Under the pieces are notes generated by a model. It had not been told where the DNA came from, did no database searches, and was given only the letters and a program-made list of their open reading frames with translations. A program made the position numbers and the translations under genes. Positions 51,766-61,355 of a stretch of 64,000 nt of DNA are shown here, one piece after another (positions within the stretch are counted from its first letter, which is position 1; each line of letters opens with the position of its first letter). The stretch comes from an uncultured Caulobacter sp. (GTDB lineage: Bacteria; Pseudomonadota; Alphaproteobacteria; Caulobacterales; Caulobacteraceae): positions 24,639 through 88,638 of the forward strand of contig CAZISF010000001.1 in assembly GCA_964541915.1 (NCBI GenBank), in the 5' to 3' direction.

Positions 51766-52944
51766 CTAGAAGCCGACCTTGAAGCCGACCGTGAAGCGGC
51801 CGTCGTCATAACCCGGGATCTGGTGGATGCCCGAGGAGTCCTGGGTCGAGAAGTCGTAGGCCGCCTGGATTTCGGCGTTCGGAGCGACCCTCCACGCCGC
51901 GGAGACGCCGGCGGAACCGGTGGTGTCCTTGCGGTCGCGGTTCTCGTGGTCGTCCCACTCCTCTTCGACATAGGCCCCGACCTTGAAGTCGGGCGAGTAG
52001 CTGTGGACGACCCCCACGCCGACGGCCGTGGCCGTGTAGCCCGGCGAGAAGGCGACTGTCGTTTCCTCGAAGCCGCGGGCGGCGCTCAGCTTGACCGTGG
52101 TTTCGCTTTGCGGCGTCCAGACCAGGCTGGCGTCGACGACGATGTCCGAATAGTCGTCGAAGGCCGGCTCATCGAACGAACGTCCCGCCCAGCCGACGCT
52201 GATTTCGCCGGTAAGGCTGTCGGTCATGTTGTAGGTGGCGCCGACGCTGGCCGTGTAGCCGTCGGAATCGCGGTTGTGCAACGCGGCCGGCGGTTTCAGA
52301 TCGTAGTCGATCTGCGTGAAGGCGACCTGGGCGAACCAGGACACATCCGCCTCGGGCGAGCCGGTCAGGCGAAGGGTTTCGGTCCAGGTGCCGCGGTCGC
52401 GGAAATCCTGATCGACGACCGCGTTGGTGATGCGACGGCGCGCGTCCTCGAAGTCACGGGTCACATAGTCGGCGCGGGCGGAGAAGCCCATGCCGCCGAT
52501 GGTCGTTTCGAAACCGGCGTCGAAGCTGTCGACGGCGCTTTCAGTCGGCCTTTTCGTGTCGCGGCGCGAGGTGACCTTGCGGCGGTCTTCCGTGGTTAGG
52601 GCGTGGCTGGCGCCGGCGAAGACCTTGCCACCGTCGAACTTGATGTCACCGTTTGCGCCAAACGCGTAGTCGTTGACGTTTTCATCGGACGTATCGGCAT
52701 AGTGCGTCAGGTCGAAGCTGCCGAAGACCGAGAAGCTGCCGCCGTCGCTCTTGGTCGTCGCGGTGGCCTTGCCGGTGGCGCCATAGACCGTGTCGCTTTG
52801 TTCAGCCGTGGCGGAGGCCAGCACGTTGCTGGTCGTGCCTAGCGACGCGCCGATCGTGCCGTCTACCGTCCAGTCCTGGGCGTGCGCCGCGAACGGAGCC
52901 GACGCCAGGATCAAGGCCGTGGAGGCAAAAAACATTCTCTTCAT
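51766..52944 (-). CDS. Outer-membrane beta-barrel protein (porin-like, BBP2-type)
   Basis: Signal peptide MKRMFFASTALILASAPFAAHAQ. Alternating amphipathic beta-strand pattern. Terminal GFKVGF with a C-terminal Phe. Confidence 0.65.
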   Translation of the reverse strand: MKRMFFASTALILASAPFAAHAQDWTVDGTIGASLGTTSNVLASATAEQSDTVYGATGKATATTKSDGGSFSVFGSFDLTHYADTSDENVNDYAFGANGDIKFDGGKVFAGASHALTTEDRRKVTSRRDTKRPTESAVDSFDAGFETTIGGMGFSARADYVTRDFEDARRRITNAVVDQDFRDRGTWTETLRLTGSPEADVSWFAQVAFTQIDYDLKPPAALHNRDSDGYTASVGATYNMTDSLTGEISVGWAGRSFDEPAFDDYSDIVVDASLVWTPQSETTVKLSAARGFEETTVAFSPGYTATAVGVGVVHSYSPDFKVGAYVEEEWDDHENRDRKDTTGSAGVSAAWRVAPNAEIQAAYDFSTQDSSGIHQIPGYDDGRFTVGFKVGF

Positions 52945-53326
52945 TGGTATCCTCATGCTTGTGCGGCGTCGGTCGACGCCTCGCCCTTTCGACGCTCCAG
53001 ACAGACGAGCACCCCTGACCCGGAAGACGGATCCGCGGTGGATCGATGCTGAAACTGCCTGTCAATCAGACGCGCCGAACGTGTCGGCTACGCCACCCCA
53101 ACTCGCCGGCAACCCTATTCCCCTGAAGCCGCACGACAACAGAACGTCGTTACCCGGAATGTGGAATCGGCGGGGTTGCGCAAGGCGCGGTGCAACGCCG
53201 CCACAGGTGGCTTTTCCCGGGATCGACATCGGATTTGCACCGTCCCCGGACTTTCCGGAGTCTGGTGGGGCCGACCCTGCCCCGGAGCATCTGGATAAGG
53301 GGCGTCGCGGCGTCTAAACCGGATTC

Positions 53327-53803
53327 ATGAGTGATCACCTCGACGCCATGCGCACCTTCGTCAACGCCATGAACCAGGGCAGCCCGCACGCGATCGCGCT
53401 GAAGATGGAGACCGTCTCGCTCGACGCCGACGGCGCGACGCTGCGGGTGCCCTATGACGAGAAGCTGATCGGCGACCCCGACACCGGCGTGATCGCCGGC
53501 GGTGTCGTGACAGCCCTGCTGGACCACGCCTGCGGCCAGGCGGTGCATACGGGCCTGACCGAGTTCAAGACCATCGCCACCCTGGACTTGCGGATCGACT
53601 ACATGCGCCCCGCCGAGCCGGGGAAGGACATCTTCGCCAGGGCCCACTGCTACAAGGTGACCCGCTCGGTCGCCTTCGTCAGGGCGGTGGCCTATGACGT
53701 CGATCCCGCCGACCCGGTCGCGGCGGCCCAGGCGGCCTTCATGCTGGATTCCAGCGGCGGCCGCGGCTTCGGCGCCAACCTCAAGAGCGGGAAGGCCAAA
53801 TGA
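53327..53803 (+). CDS. PaaI-family hotdog-fold thioesterase
   Basis: GVIAGGVVTALLDHACGQAV plus the hotdog length (158 aa). Confidence 0.75.
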   Translation: MSDHLDAMRTFVNAMNQGSPHAIALKMETVSLDADGATLRVPYDEKLIGDPDTGVIAGGVVTALLDHACGQAVHTGLTEFKTIATLDLRIDYMRPAEPGKDIFARAHCYKVTRSVAFVRAVAYDVDPADPVAAAQAAFMLDSSGGRGFGANLKSGKAK

Positions 53804-54225
53804 GCGATCCCGCTGAATCCGTCGACGCCATGCTGGCGCGCATCCCGTACGCCCGCTTTCTTGGTCTGCGCATCGAGCTGGCCGGCGACGAGATGACCGC
53901 CATCCTGCCGTTCGGCCAGCACCTGATCGGCAACCCGACCCTGCCGGCGATCCATGGCGGCGTGCTGGGAGCCTTCATGGAAATGACGGCGCTTGCCCAG
54001 CTGCTGGTCAAGGAAGGCCAGGCCCGCCAGCCGCGCGTCATCGACGTCTCGATCGAATACCTCCGCTCGGGCCGGCCTTTGACGACCTACGCCCGGGCCG
54101 AGATCAAGAAGGTCGGCCGGCGCATCGCCAACGTCCACGTCGAGGCCTGGCAGGACCAGCGCGCCGCCCCGATCGCGGCCCTGCGCGGGCACTTCCTGGT
54201 GACGCCGACGGAATCCAAGGCCTGA
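53800..54225 (+). CDS. PaaI-family hotdog-fold thioesterase (tandem paralogue)
   Basis: Overlaps the upstream stop (ATGA). PAIHGGVLGAFMEMTALAQL. Confidence 0.75.
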   Translation: MSDPAESVDAMLARIPYARFLGLRIELAGDEMTAILPFGQHLIGNPTLPAIHGGVLGAFMEMTALAQLLVKEGQARQPRVIDVSIEYLRSGRPLTTYARAEIKKVGRRIANVHVEAWQDQRAAPIAALRGHFLVTPTESKA

Positions 54226-54390
54226 GGGGATTTGAGATCATTACGGCGGCGTAATTATCTTACAAGGCCGTCACAAGCTTAAATCGAAGTCATGACGCAC
54301 ACTTAACGGGTGTTGCCGCGAACACTTGCCTATACCCCTGAACACCGGACGCGGACTTCCGCAGCCAACCAGACCCAAGGGGATAAAGAC

Positions 54391-54498
54391 ATGACCAAAG
54401 CCACGCACAACTTCAGCAACGTCGCCAGCCTCGCGCTCGCCGCCCTGCCGCTGTTCCTCATCATCGCCGCCGTGAACGTCAGCGTCGTCAGCCTGTGA
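54391..54498 (+). CDS. Possible 35-aa single-TM small protein
   Basis: RBS AAGGGGATAAAGAC before the ATG. MTKATHNFSNVASLALAALPLFLIIAAVNVSVVSL. The terminator hairpin lies ~95 nt downstream. Weak evidence. Confidence 0.3.
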   Translation: MTKATHNFSNVASLALAALPLFLIIAAVNVSVVSL

Positions 54499-54592
54499 TC
54501 GCCGCCGCGCCGTTCCGTCGGGCCTGACTCCTCCCCCGTAGCCGGCCCGGCGGAACACAGCGGATCACAGACCGCAACCAGAGTTAACTGAC

Positions 54593-54624
54593 AAAGGCCT
54601 TCCGATCCGGGAGGCCCTTTTGTT
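54593..54624 (+). terminator. Putative rho-independent terminator
   Basis: AAAGGCCTTCCG-ATC-CGGGAGGCCTTTTGTT: 9-bp stem with one G-U pair, followed by a T-run. Confidence 0.5.
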
Positions 54625-54634
54625 ATGCGCAGGC

Positions 54635-55312
54635 ATGCAAACGCCCGCCGCCGTGATCTTCGACTGTGACGGAGTTCTGATCGACTCCGAGATCCTTAGC
54701 CTCGAGATCGAAATCGACCTTCTGGCCGACTGCGGGCTTGTCTACGCGCCGGCCGACTATCTGCATCGCTTCATGGGTCTGAACGACGCGGCCTATCACG
54801 CGGCGCTTGATGCCGACTGCCGTGAGCGCACCGGCCGGCCGCTGCCGGAGGACGCCCTGCGCCATGCCCGGGCCCCGCGCTGGGCCGCTTCCGCAGGCCG
54901 TCTCACCGAGGTCGAGGGCTGCGCCGCCGCGGTGTCGAGACTGACCCTGCCAAAGGCCGTGGCCAGTTCATCGGGCGCGGCCCACCTCCGCGAAAACCTC
55001 CGACTGACCGGACTGCTCCCGGCCTTCGACCCCCATGTCTACTCCGCCGACCTTGTGGCCCGCGCCAAGCCGTTTCCCGACATCTTCCTTCATGCCGCCT
55101 CGGCGCTCGGCGTCGCGCCGGAGCGGTGCCTTGCGATCGAGGACAGCGTCAATGGCGTGACCTCGGCGCGGGCGGCGGGCATGACCGTCTGGGGCTTTTC
55201 CGGTGGCGGCCATATGGACGACGCCTCCGCCGACCGGCTCGCCGCGGCTGGCGCGCAGCGTGTCCTGGGTCACTGGGAAGAGGTGGCCGCGCTGTTCGCC
55301 GCCTTCAGTTGA
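54635..55312 (+). CDS. HAD-superfamily hydrolase (beta-phosphoglucomutase-like subfamily IA)
   Basis: AAVIFDCDGVLIDSE (DxDG motif I), then VASSSG and IEDSVNGVTSARAAGM. Confidence 0.75.
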   Translation: MQTPAAVIFDCDGVLIDSEILSLEIEIDLLADCGLVYAPADYLHRFMGLNDAAYHAALDADCRERTGRPLPEDALRHARAPRWAASAGRLTEVEGCAAAVSRLTLPKAVASSSGAAHLRENLRLTGLLPAFDPHVYSADLVARAKPFPDIFLHAASALGVAPERCLAIEDSVNGVTSARAAGMTVWGFSGGGHMDDASADRLAAAGAQRVLGHWEEVAALFAAFS

Positions 55313-55967
55313 TCTCGCCAAGCGCCTGCTTCTGGCGGCCAGCTTCATCAAAGTTCTCCGGCGCCAGCCAGGCCCTGAACCGCGCCGCGATCGCCGGCCA
55401 TTCGCTGTCGAGGATGGCGTAGACCCGGGTGTCCCAGTTGTGGCCCTTCAGCCAGTAGGTCTGGCGCAGCGTGCCCTCGTAGGTGAAGCCGTAGCGCGAG
55501 GCGGCCCGCATCGAGGCGGGATTGTCCGGACCACAGCGCCATTCGAGCCGGCGGTAGCCGTTCGCCCCCAGCACGTAGTCGACAAGTCGGTAGACCGCCT
55601 CGGTGCCGGCGATCGTGCGGCTCAGGGAGGGTCCGTAGACCAGGCCGATCTCGGTCGTCCCCATGTCCGGCTTGACCTGCAGCAGGAAGAACAGCCCGGC
55701 GGCCTCGCGCGCCCCGTCGGTCTTGTCGATGATCGCGAAGGCCCGTTGCTCCGGTCGGTCGACCCGGTCGGCCAGCCAGTCGAAGAAGGCGCCCTGGTCG
55801 CTGAAGGAACCCGACGGGATACCGGGCCACAGGTCCTCCTTCGATCCTATGGCGCGCCACAGGTCGAGGCCGTGTTTCAGCAGGTCGGCTTTTTCGAGGT
55901 CGATGGTCCGGCCGGTGACGAGCGCGTCGAGCAGGGCCGGGCGGGGCAGGACGGGCGGTGTTTGCAT
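55305..55967 (-). CDS. GNAT-family N-acetyltransferase (RimJ/RimL-like, Acetyltransf_3)
   Basis: RLEWRCGPDNPASMRAASRYGFTYEGTLRQ is a typical Acetyltransf_3 C-terminal segment. Confidence 0.7.
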   Translation of the reverse strand: MQTPPVLPRPALLDALVTGRTIDLEKADLLKHGLDLWRAIGSKEDLWPGIPSGSFSDQGAFFDWLADRVDRPEQRAFAIIDKTDGAREAAGLFFLLQVKPDMGTTEIGLVYGPSLSRTIAGTEAVYRLVDYVLGANGYRRLEWRCGPDNPASMRAASRYGFTYEGTLRQTYWLKGHNWDTRVYAILDSEWPAIAARFRAWLAPENFDEAGRQKQALGEIN

Positions 55968-56074
55968 GGGACGAGACTAGGGCTGACGTGGCCCGGACCG
56001 CAATCCGGTCGCGCGCTCTTCCAAACCCCGATCCCTGATCTAGGATCAGGCAGGGCCGCTGTCGGAGAATCGCG

Positions 56075-57346
56075 ATGTTCAGATCCCTGGCCGGGCGCGT
56101 CCTGATCGCTCTGGTGCTCGGCCTCGTCGCCGGCGCCGCCTGCAACGCGCTTGGAAACGCGACCCTGACCGGCGCCGCCGGCGCCGTGGAAGCGATCGGC
56201 GGGCTGTGGCTCAACCTGTTGCGCATGACCATCGTGCCGCTGGTGTTCTGCCTGCTGGTCACCGGCATCGCGTCGGTCGCGGACGCGGCGGCGACAGGCC
56301 GGCTCGCGGCCCGGGCCATCGCGCTGTTCTCCATCCTGCTGGTGATCGCCGCTGTCTACAGCACCTTCGCCACCCAGGGACTGCTGGCGTTGTGGCCGGT
56401 CGACCCGGCCGGGGCGGCGGCCCTGCGGGCGGGCGCCGGCGGCGCTGATCTCGCCAAGGTGGTCGCCCCGGGACTGGCCGACTGGCTCAAGTCCATCGCG
56501 CCTTCCAACCCGATCAAGGCCGCCGCCGAGGACGCCATCCTGCCGCTGGTGGTGTTCGGCGTGTTCTTCGGCTTCGCGGCTACCCGCCTGCCGGTCGACC
56601 GCAAGGTCGCCCTGATCACCGTCTTCAGCGCTGTGGCGGAGACGATGATCATCATCGTGCGCTGGGTGTTGTGGGCCGCGCCGCTCGGCGTCTTCGCCCT
56701 GTCGCTCGGGGTAGGGCTGCGCGCCGGACTCGGGGCCGCCGGGGCTTTGGCGCAGTACGTCGCGGTCGTCTCCCTGGTCACGGCCGGCATCGCCATCGTC
56801 CCCTACATCGCCGTGGCCTTCAGCCGGTCGGTGTCGCTGGGCGCCTTCGCCCGGGCCGTGGCGCCGGTGCAGGTGCTGGCCTTCAGCACCCAGTCCTCGC
56901 TCGCCTGCCTGCCGGCGATGCTGGAGCGGGCGCAGGACGACCTGCGCATTCCCCCGCGGGTCAGTGGCCTGGTCCTGCCGCTGGCGGTCGCGGTGTTCCG
57001 CCTGACCAGCCCGGTGGCCAATCTGGCGGTCTGCTACTTCGTGGCGCACGTCTATGGCATCCATCCGGGCCTGCCGCAGATGCTGGCGGCGATCGCCGTG
57101 TCGTTCGCCATCAGCGTCGGCTCGGTGGGACTGCCAGGCCAGATCTCGTTCTTCGCCAGCGTAGCGCCGATCTGCCTGGCGCTGGGCGTGCCGATCGACC
57201 TGCTGCCGATCCTGCTGGCGGTCGAGGTTGTGCCTGACATCTTCCGCACCATCGGAAACGTCACCGGCGACCTCGGCGCGGCGGCCGTGCTGCATCGCCC
57301 CGGCGATGAGATGGAGGTCGTGGATCCGGGCTCTGCGCCGGCCTAG
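56075..57346 (+). CDS. Dicarboxylate/amino-acid:cation symporter (DAACS family)
   Basis: 423-aa polytopic protein. LRMTIVPLVF, SSLACLP and PDIFRTIGNVTGDL are typical GltP/DctA-family segments. Confidence 0.85.
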   Translation: MFRSLAGRVLIALVLGLVAGAACNALGNATLTGAAGAVEAIGGLWLNLLRMTIVPLVFCLLVTGIASVADAAATGRLAARAIALFSILLVIAAVYSTFATQGLLALWPVDPAGAAALRAGAGGADLAKVVAPGLADWLKSIAPSNPIKAAAEDAILPLVVFGVFFGFAATRLPVDRKVALITVFSAVAETMIIIVRWVLWAAPLGVFALSLGVGLRAGLGAAGALAQYVAVVSLVTAGIAIVPYIAVAFSRSVSLGAFARAVAPVQVLAFSTQSSLACLPAMLERAQDDLRIPPRVSGLVLPLAVAVFRLTSPVANLAVCYFVAHVYGIHPGLPQMLAAIAVSFAISVGSVGLPGQISFFASVAPICLALGVPIDLLPILLAVEVVPDIFRTIGNVTGDLGAAAVLHRPGDEMEVVDPGSAPA

Positions 57347-59658
57347 GCCCGGCGGCGGCTCCGGCTCCGGGCCGGCGGGGCCTGTTCGGCCAGGAAGGAC
57401 TGCAGTTGGCCGAGCGGCATCGGGCGGGCGATGAAATAGCCCTGCGCCAGGTCGCAACCCATGGCCGACAGGATCGCCAGGGCTTCCGCGGTCTCCACGC
57501 CTTCGGCGACGATCTTCAGGCCCAGGCTGTGGGCGAGGTCGATGGTCGACTTGACCAGCAGGGCGTCGCGGGCGCTGGCGCCGAGGCTCAGCACGAAGGC
57601 CTTGTCGATCTTCAGCTCATCGGCGTGAATCTGTTTGAGATAGGCCAGCGACGACAGGCCGGAGCCGTAGTCGTCGATCGACACCGAAAGACCGGCCGCG
57701 CGGTAGCGGTCGATGATCTGCAGCGCCAGGGTCGGGTTACCGATGACCGCCGTCTCGGTGATTTCCAGGCAAAGACGACAGTTAGCACCCGAGACCATGT
57801 CGATGATTTCGTCGGCGAATTCAGGATCCGCCACGAGACGGCCTGAGAGATTCACCGAGATCATCAGGTCGCGACCGGCGGCCCGCAACGCGGCCTGGTC
57901 AAGGATCGCCCGCTTCAGCGTCCAGCGGGTCATGGCCCGGATGTGGCCCGTCTCCTCGGCCAGTTCCACGAACAGGTCCGGTCGGACGAAGCCGCGTTCG
58001 GGATGGGTCCAGCGGATCAGGGCTTCCGCGGCTGTGACGGCGCCTGCCCGGATATCGTGCTTGGGCTGGTAGTGCAGGCTGATCGAGCCGTCCTCGAGCG
58101 CATCGAGCATCTCGCTCATCAGCGACAGTTTCGAAGCCGGATCGCCGTAGGCGTCAGCGTCGAACACCGCGCTCCGCCGTTGGCCGGCCCGGGCCTGGTC
58201 GAGCGCCGAGCTGGCGCGCTCGACCGGCGGGGCGGGGTGCGTGTCCAGCACCGGGGCGAGACCACCCGTCAGGCCGATATCGATGGTCACGCCGCCAGCC
58301 TGGACCGGCTGCGCAAGGCTCTCCAGGAGGGCCCCGAAATCGCGGATCGCCGTGTCGCTGTCGGACGCCGAGAACAGCAACGCCAGCCGTTCGCTCGAAA
58401 TCCGGGCGCAGATCGTGCCGGGTCTCAACGCGACGGCGCGCGTCCCCAGTTCACGCAGAATATCCCCGGCCAGCTGATACCCGACCGCGGCGCGCACCTG
58501 CGGGAAGCGGTCAACGGCCATCACGGCGACCCACAGGTCCGTGTCAGCAGTCCCCGCTAGCGCCTGTTCCAGCGCCAGCCGGTTCGGCAGGTCGGTTTCC
58601 TGGTCGGTCAAAGCCATCCGCGTAATGCGGCCTTCGCGGTCCCGAATCCCCGCGGCCATGGCGTTGAAGCTCGCGGCAAGGCGGCCGATTTCATCGGCGG
58701 TCTGGATCTCGACGCTGGCGTCCTCGCCGCGCTGAAGGCGATGGGCTGCCGCGTCCAGGGCGGACACGGGCCGGGTGATCGACCGGGCCAGCAACCAGCT
58801 GCCGGCGGCCAGTACGGCCATGCCGGCAAGGCCCGTCAGCGCCAGCACCAGCATCAGGCTGCGATAGGGGGCGAGCGCCAGCGCCAGCGGGTAGCGCAGC
58901 ACCAGCACGGCCCGTTCCTTGCCGAAGGTCGCCAGTGGTTTGACCAGAGCGACGGCCTGGCCCGACGGCCCCCTGAAGACGTGCGGTCGCGTCGAGTGGG
59001 TGGTCAGGGCGCTGTCGACCAGCGCCGAAAGCGGAGCCCGGTCGCGGACGGCGGCCCCCGGCCCGCCCCAGCCGGCCTTGCCTTCATGGATCAACACGGC
59101 GGCGTTCAGCGGAATGGACGACAGCTTTTCCAGCGCGGTCAGTTCCGGCTGGTCCAGCCGCTCGGCGAAGATCACCCAGCCGGTCAGTTGCGGCGAAAGG
59201 ACCGGAGCGGCGACCGCCTGATAGGGTTTTCCGGCAATCGTCAGAACGCCCGACGTCGCGCCGCCATCGAGGGCGTACCAGAGATCGCCGGCGGCCTCGT
59301 CCGTCAGGCCGCTCGCGCCGGTGACGGTTCCGTCGACCCCGACCAGAAGGGCCCGGTCGATCTTCAGTCGGCCCCGCAGATTCTCCAGCGCAGATTCGAC
59401 GGTCGGCGCATCGTTGGTGGCGACCGCCGCGCGGAAGCCGAAATCGCGGGAAAGCACCGTGGCGCTGTCGTTGAGCTGGCTGGCCTTGAGGGCCCAGACC
59501 CGGTCAAACACCGCCCCGCCGGAGGCCAGTTGCCGCTCGACCTGCACGCGGGCATTGGCGCTGACCGAGGCGTAGACGGCGATCGCGGTGACCAGCAGCG
59601 CCACGCCGAAGAGGCCGGCGTAGAGGACGGTCAGGCGGGAACGGAGGCTGGTAAACAT
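57343..59658 (-). CDS. Membrane sensor with periplasmic domain, HAMP, degenerate GGDEF and intact EAL domain (c-di-GMP phosphodiesterase)
   Basis: Two TM segments flank a ~240-aa periplasmic region. HAMP is present (ITRPVSALDAAAHRL). The GGDEF-domain scaffold carries SSERL at the signature position. The EAL domain has EALIRW, SVNLS, EITE, IDDYGSG, KIDKAF, EGVE and QGY. Confidence 0.85.
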   Translation of the reverse strand: MFTSLRSRLTVLYAGLFGVALLVTAIAVYASVSANARVQVERQLASGGAVFDRVWALKASQLNDSATVLSRDFGFRAAVATNDAPTVESALENLRGRLKIDRALLVGVDGTVTGASGLTDEAAGDLWYALDGGATSGVLTIAGKPYQAVAAPVLSPQLTGWVIFAERLDQPELTALEKLSSIPLNAAVLIHEGKAGWGGPGAAVRDRAPLSALVDSALTTHSTRPHVFRGPSGQAVALVKPLATFGKERAVLVLRYPLALALAPYRSLMLVLALTGLAGMAVLAAGSWLLARSITRPVSALDAAAHRLQRGEDASVEIQTADEIGRLAASFNAMAAGIRDREGRITRMALTDQETDLPNRLALEQALAGTADTDLWVAVMAVDRFPQVRAAVGYQLAGDILRELGTRAVALRPGTICARISSERLALLFSASDSDTAIRDFGALLESLAQPVQAGGVTIDIGLTGGLAPVLDTHPAPPVERASSALDQARAGQRRSAVFDADAYGDPASKLSLMSEMLDALEDGSISLHYQPKHDIRAGAVTAAEALIRWTHPERGFVRPDLFVELAEETGHIRAMTRWTLKRAILDQAALRAAGRDLMISVNLSGRLVADPEFADEIIDMVSGANCRLCLEITETAVIGNPTLALQIIDRYRAAGLSVSIDDYGSGLSSLAYLKQIHADELKIDKAFVLSLGASARDALLVKSTIDLAHSLGLKIVAEGVETAEALAILSAMGCDLAQGYFIARPMPLGQLQSFLAEQAPPARSRSRRRA

Positions 59659-59660
59659 GG

Positions 59661-60299
59661 CTAGTGGGCCATCCCCGCCATGCCGGGCATGGTCGGCATG
59701 CGCAGGTCGACGGCGACCGATTCAGACAGCACCCCGGCAGCGCCGAACACCGACTTGCGGACCACCTCGCCCTTTGACGCGCGCAGGTAGGGGTGCCAGA
59801 TCGTCACCGTGGCGCCGCCGGCGGGTATGCCGCGAAGGGTGGCGACGCCGTCCGCCCCGGTCCGGACCGCCCAGGGTGTGTCGACCACGCGGATGAAGCC
59901 GACCATCTGGTCGTGAATGTTGCAGCCGATGGCGGCCACGCCGACTGCCTTGAACACCACGCTGCGGCTCTCGTCCTTGCCGAACAGCTTCAGTTCGAAC
60001 TTGTTGCCCGCCGAGAAGGAATAGACGTGGTGTCGGACCTTGTCCCGGTTGGGAAAGCCGACGGTCGCCCCGACGGGCACGACCAGAACGAACGGGGCGA
60101 ACTGGATGTCCTGCTGCGCGACCGCGTAGGCCCATGGGAAGCGAATCGGGCCGGCGGGGACGCCTGACACCGGCCGCACCATGACGACGGCGTTCGGCAC
60201 GGGCCTTCCGGCGCTGTCGCGGATCGTCATCACCAGATCGCCGGCCAGGGCCGGGATCGGCGTGAGCAGGACCGAAAAGATGAGCAGAAGCAGTCGCAT
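59661..60299 (-). CDS. Secreted cupredoxin-like / so-called methylamine-utilisation-like protein
   Basis: Signal peptide MRLLLLIFSVLLTPIPALA. FPNRDKVRHHVYSF...AIGCNIHDQMVGFI resembles the plastocyanin-like family often annotated this way. It ends 2 nt upstream of the sensor gene start. Confidence 0.45.
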   Translation of the reverse strand: MRLLLLIFSVLLTPIPALAGDLVMTIRDSAGRPVPNAVVMVRPVSGVPAGPIRFPWAYAVAQQDIQFAPFVLVVPVGATVGFPNRDKVRHHVYSFSAGNKFELKLFGKDESRSVVFKAVGVAAIGCNIHDQMVGFIRVVDTPWAVRTGADGVATLRGIPAGGATVTIWHPYLRASKGEVVRKSVFGAAGVLSESVAVDLRMPTMPGMAGMAH

Positions 60300-60485
60300 G
60301 GTCCCAAACTGACGGCTGCGCATGAAGCTTGGGTAAACCGTACCGGACCTCGAATCCCCAGGTTGGGGAGTAGTCTTTTTCCCTCGCTCAACCGGCAGTG
60401 TTTTCTGCCAATTTCCCGTTAACCCTTGTCGTTCACCGATCGATCACGACGCGGTCCGCGTCTCTTCACGCTTGGGGGGTGAGGC

Positions 60486-61355
60486 ATGAAACCTGTTGTT
60501 GCGGCGACGCTTCTGGTGCTGGCGACCGCCGCGCCGGCCGCGGCCGAGGCGATCCAGACAGGCGGCAAGCTGTTGCTGACCGGCGGCGTCAGCACGGTCG
60601 AGGGATCAGGCGGCGGCGGCCTGTCCACCTGGGCCACGACCACCGGCTATGGCGCCGAAGGGGAGATCGGCGGCAACGTCCACGGGACCCTGGTCACCCT
60701 CCCTGACTTCGAGCTGCGCACCTGGGGCGCGGCCGTCGGGCTGTATGACCGGGTCGAGCTGTCCTACGCCCACCAGACCTTTGACACCCAGGAGGCCGGC
60801 GTCGCGCTGGGTCTGGGCAAGGGCTACACCTTCAACCAGGACATCTGGGGCGTGAAGGTCGTGGTCGTCGGCGACGCCATCTACGACCAGGACCGCCTGT
60901 TGCCGCAGATCGCCGTCGGCGCACAGTACAAGCGCAACGACCGCGGCGCGATCATCGCCGCCGTCGGGGGCGAGGACGACACGGGTACGGACTACTACGT
61001 CGCCGCGACCAAGCTGCTGCTCGACCGCAGCCTGCTGCTCAACGGCACGGTGCGGATGACGAAGGCCAACCAGACCGGCCTGCTCGGCTTCGGCGGCCCG
61101 AACGGCGGTGACTACAGCGCCCGGTTCGAGGGCTCGGTCGCATGGCTGGCGACCAAACGCCTGGCCCTGGGGGCGGAGTACCGCTCCAAGCCGTCGAATC
61201 TGGCCTTCGCGAAGGAGGACGACTGGGTCGACCTGTTCGCGGCCTGGGCCGTGAACAAGAACCTCTCCGTCACCGCCGCCTGGGTCGATCTGGGCGACAT
61301 CGCCACCTTCCGCGACCAGCGCGGCCTCTACATCTCCCTGCAGGCGGGGTTCTGA
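60486..61355 (+). CDS. DUF3034-family secreted protein
   Basis: Signal peptide, then GGKLLLTGGVSTVEGSGGGGLSTWATTTGYG...DRVELSYAHQTFD, as I recall for DUF3034. Confidence 0.5.
   Translation: MKPVVAATLLVLATAAPAAAEAIQTGGKLLLTGGVSTVEGSGGGGLSTWATTTGYGAEGEIGGNVHGTLVTLPDFELRTWGAAVGLYDRVELSYAHQTFDTQEAGVALGLGKGYTFNQDIWGVKVVVVGDAIYDQDRLLPQIAVGAQYKRNDRGAIIAAVGGEDDTGTDYYVAATKLLLDRSLLLNGTVRMTKANQTGLLGFGGPNGGDYSARFEGSVAWLATKRLALGAEYRSKPSNLAFAKEDDWVDLFAAWAVNKNLSVTAAWVDLGDIATFRDQRGLYISLQAGF

Noticed and set aside
55348-57457. Minus-strand ORFs of 328 and 526 aa opposite the GNAT and DAACS genes
   Set aside because: The translations are Arg/Pro/Gly-rich junk. The plus-strand transporter and minus-strand GNAT frames carry the recognisable motifs.
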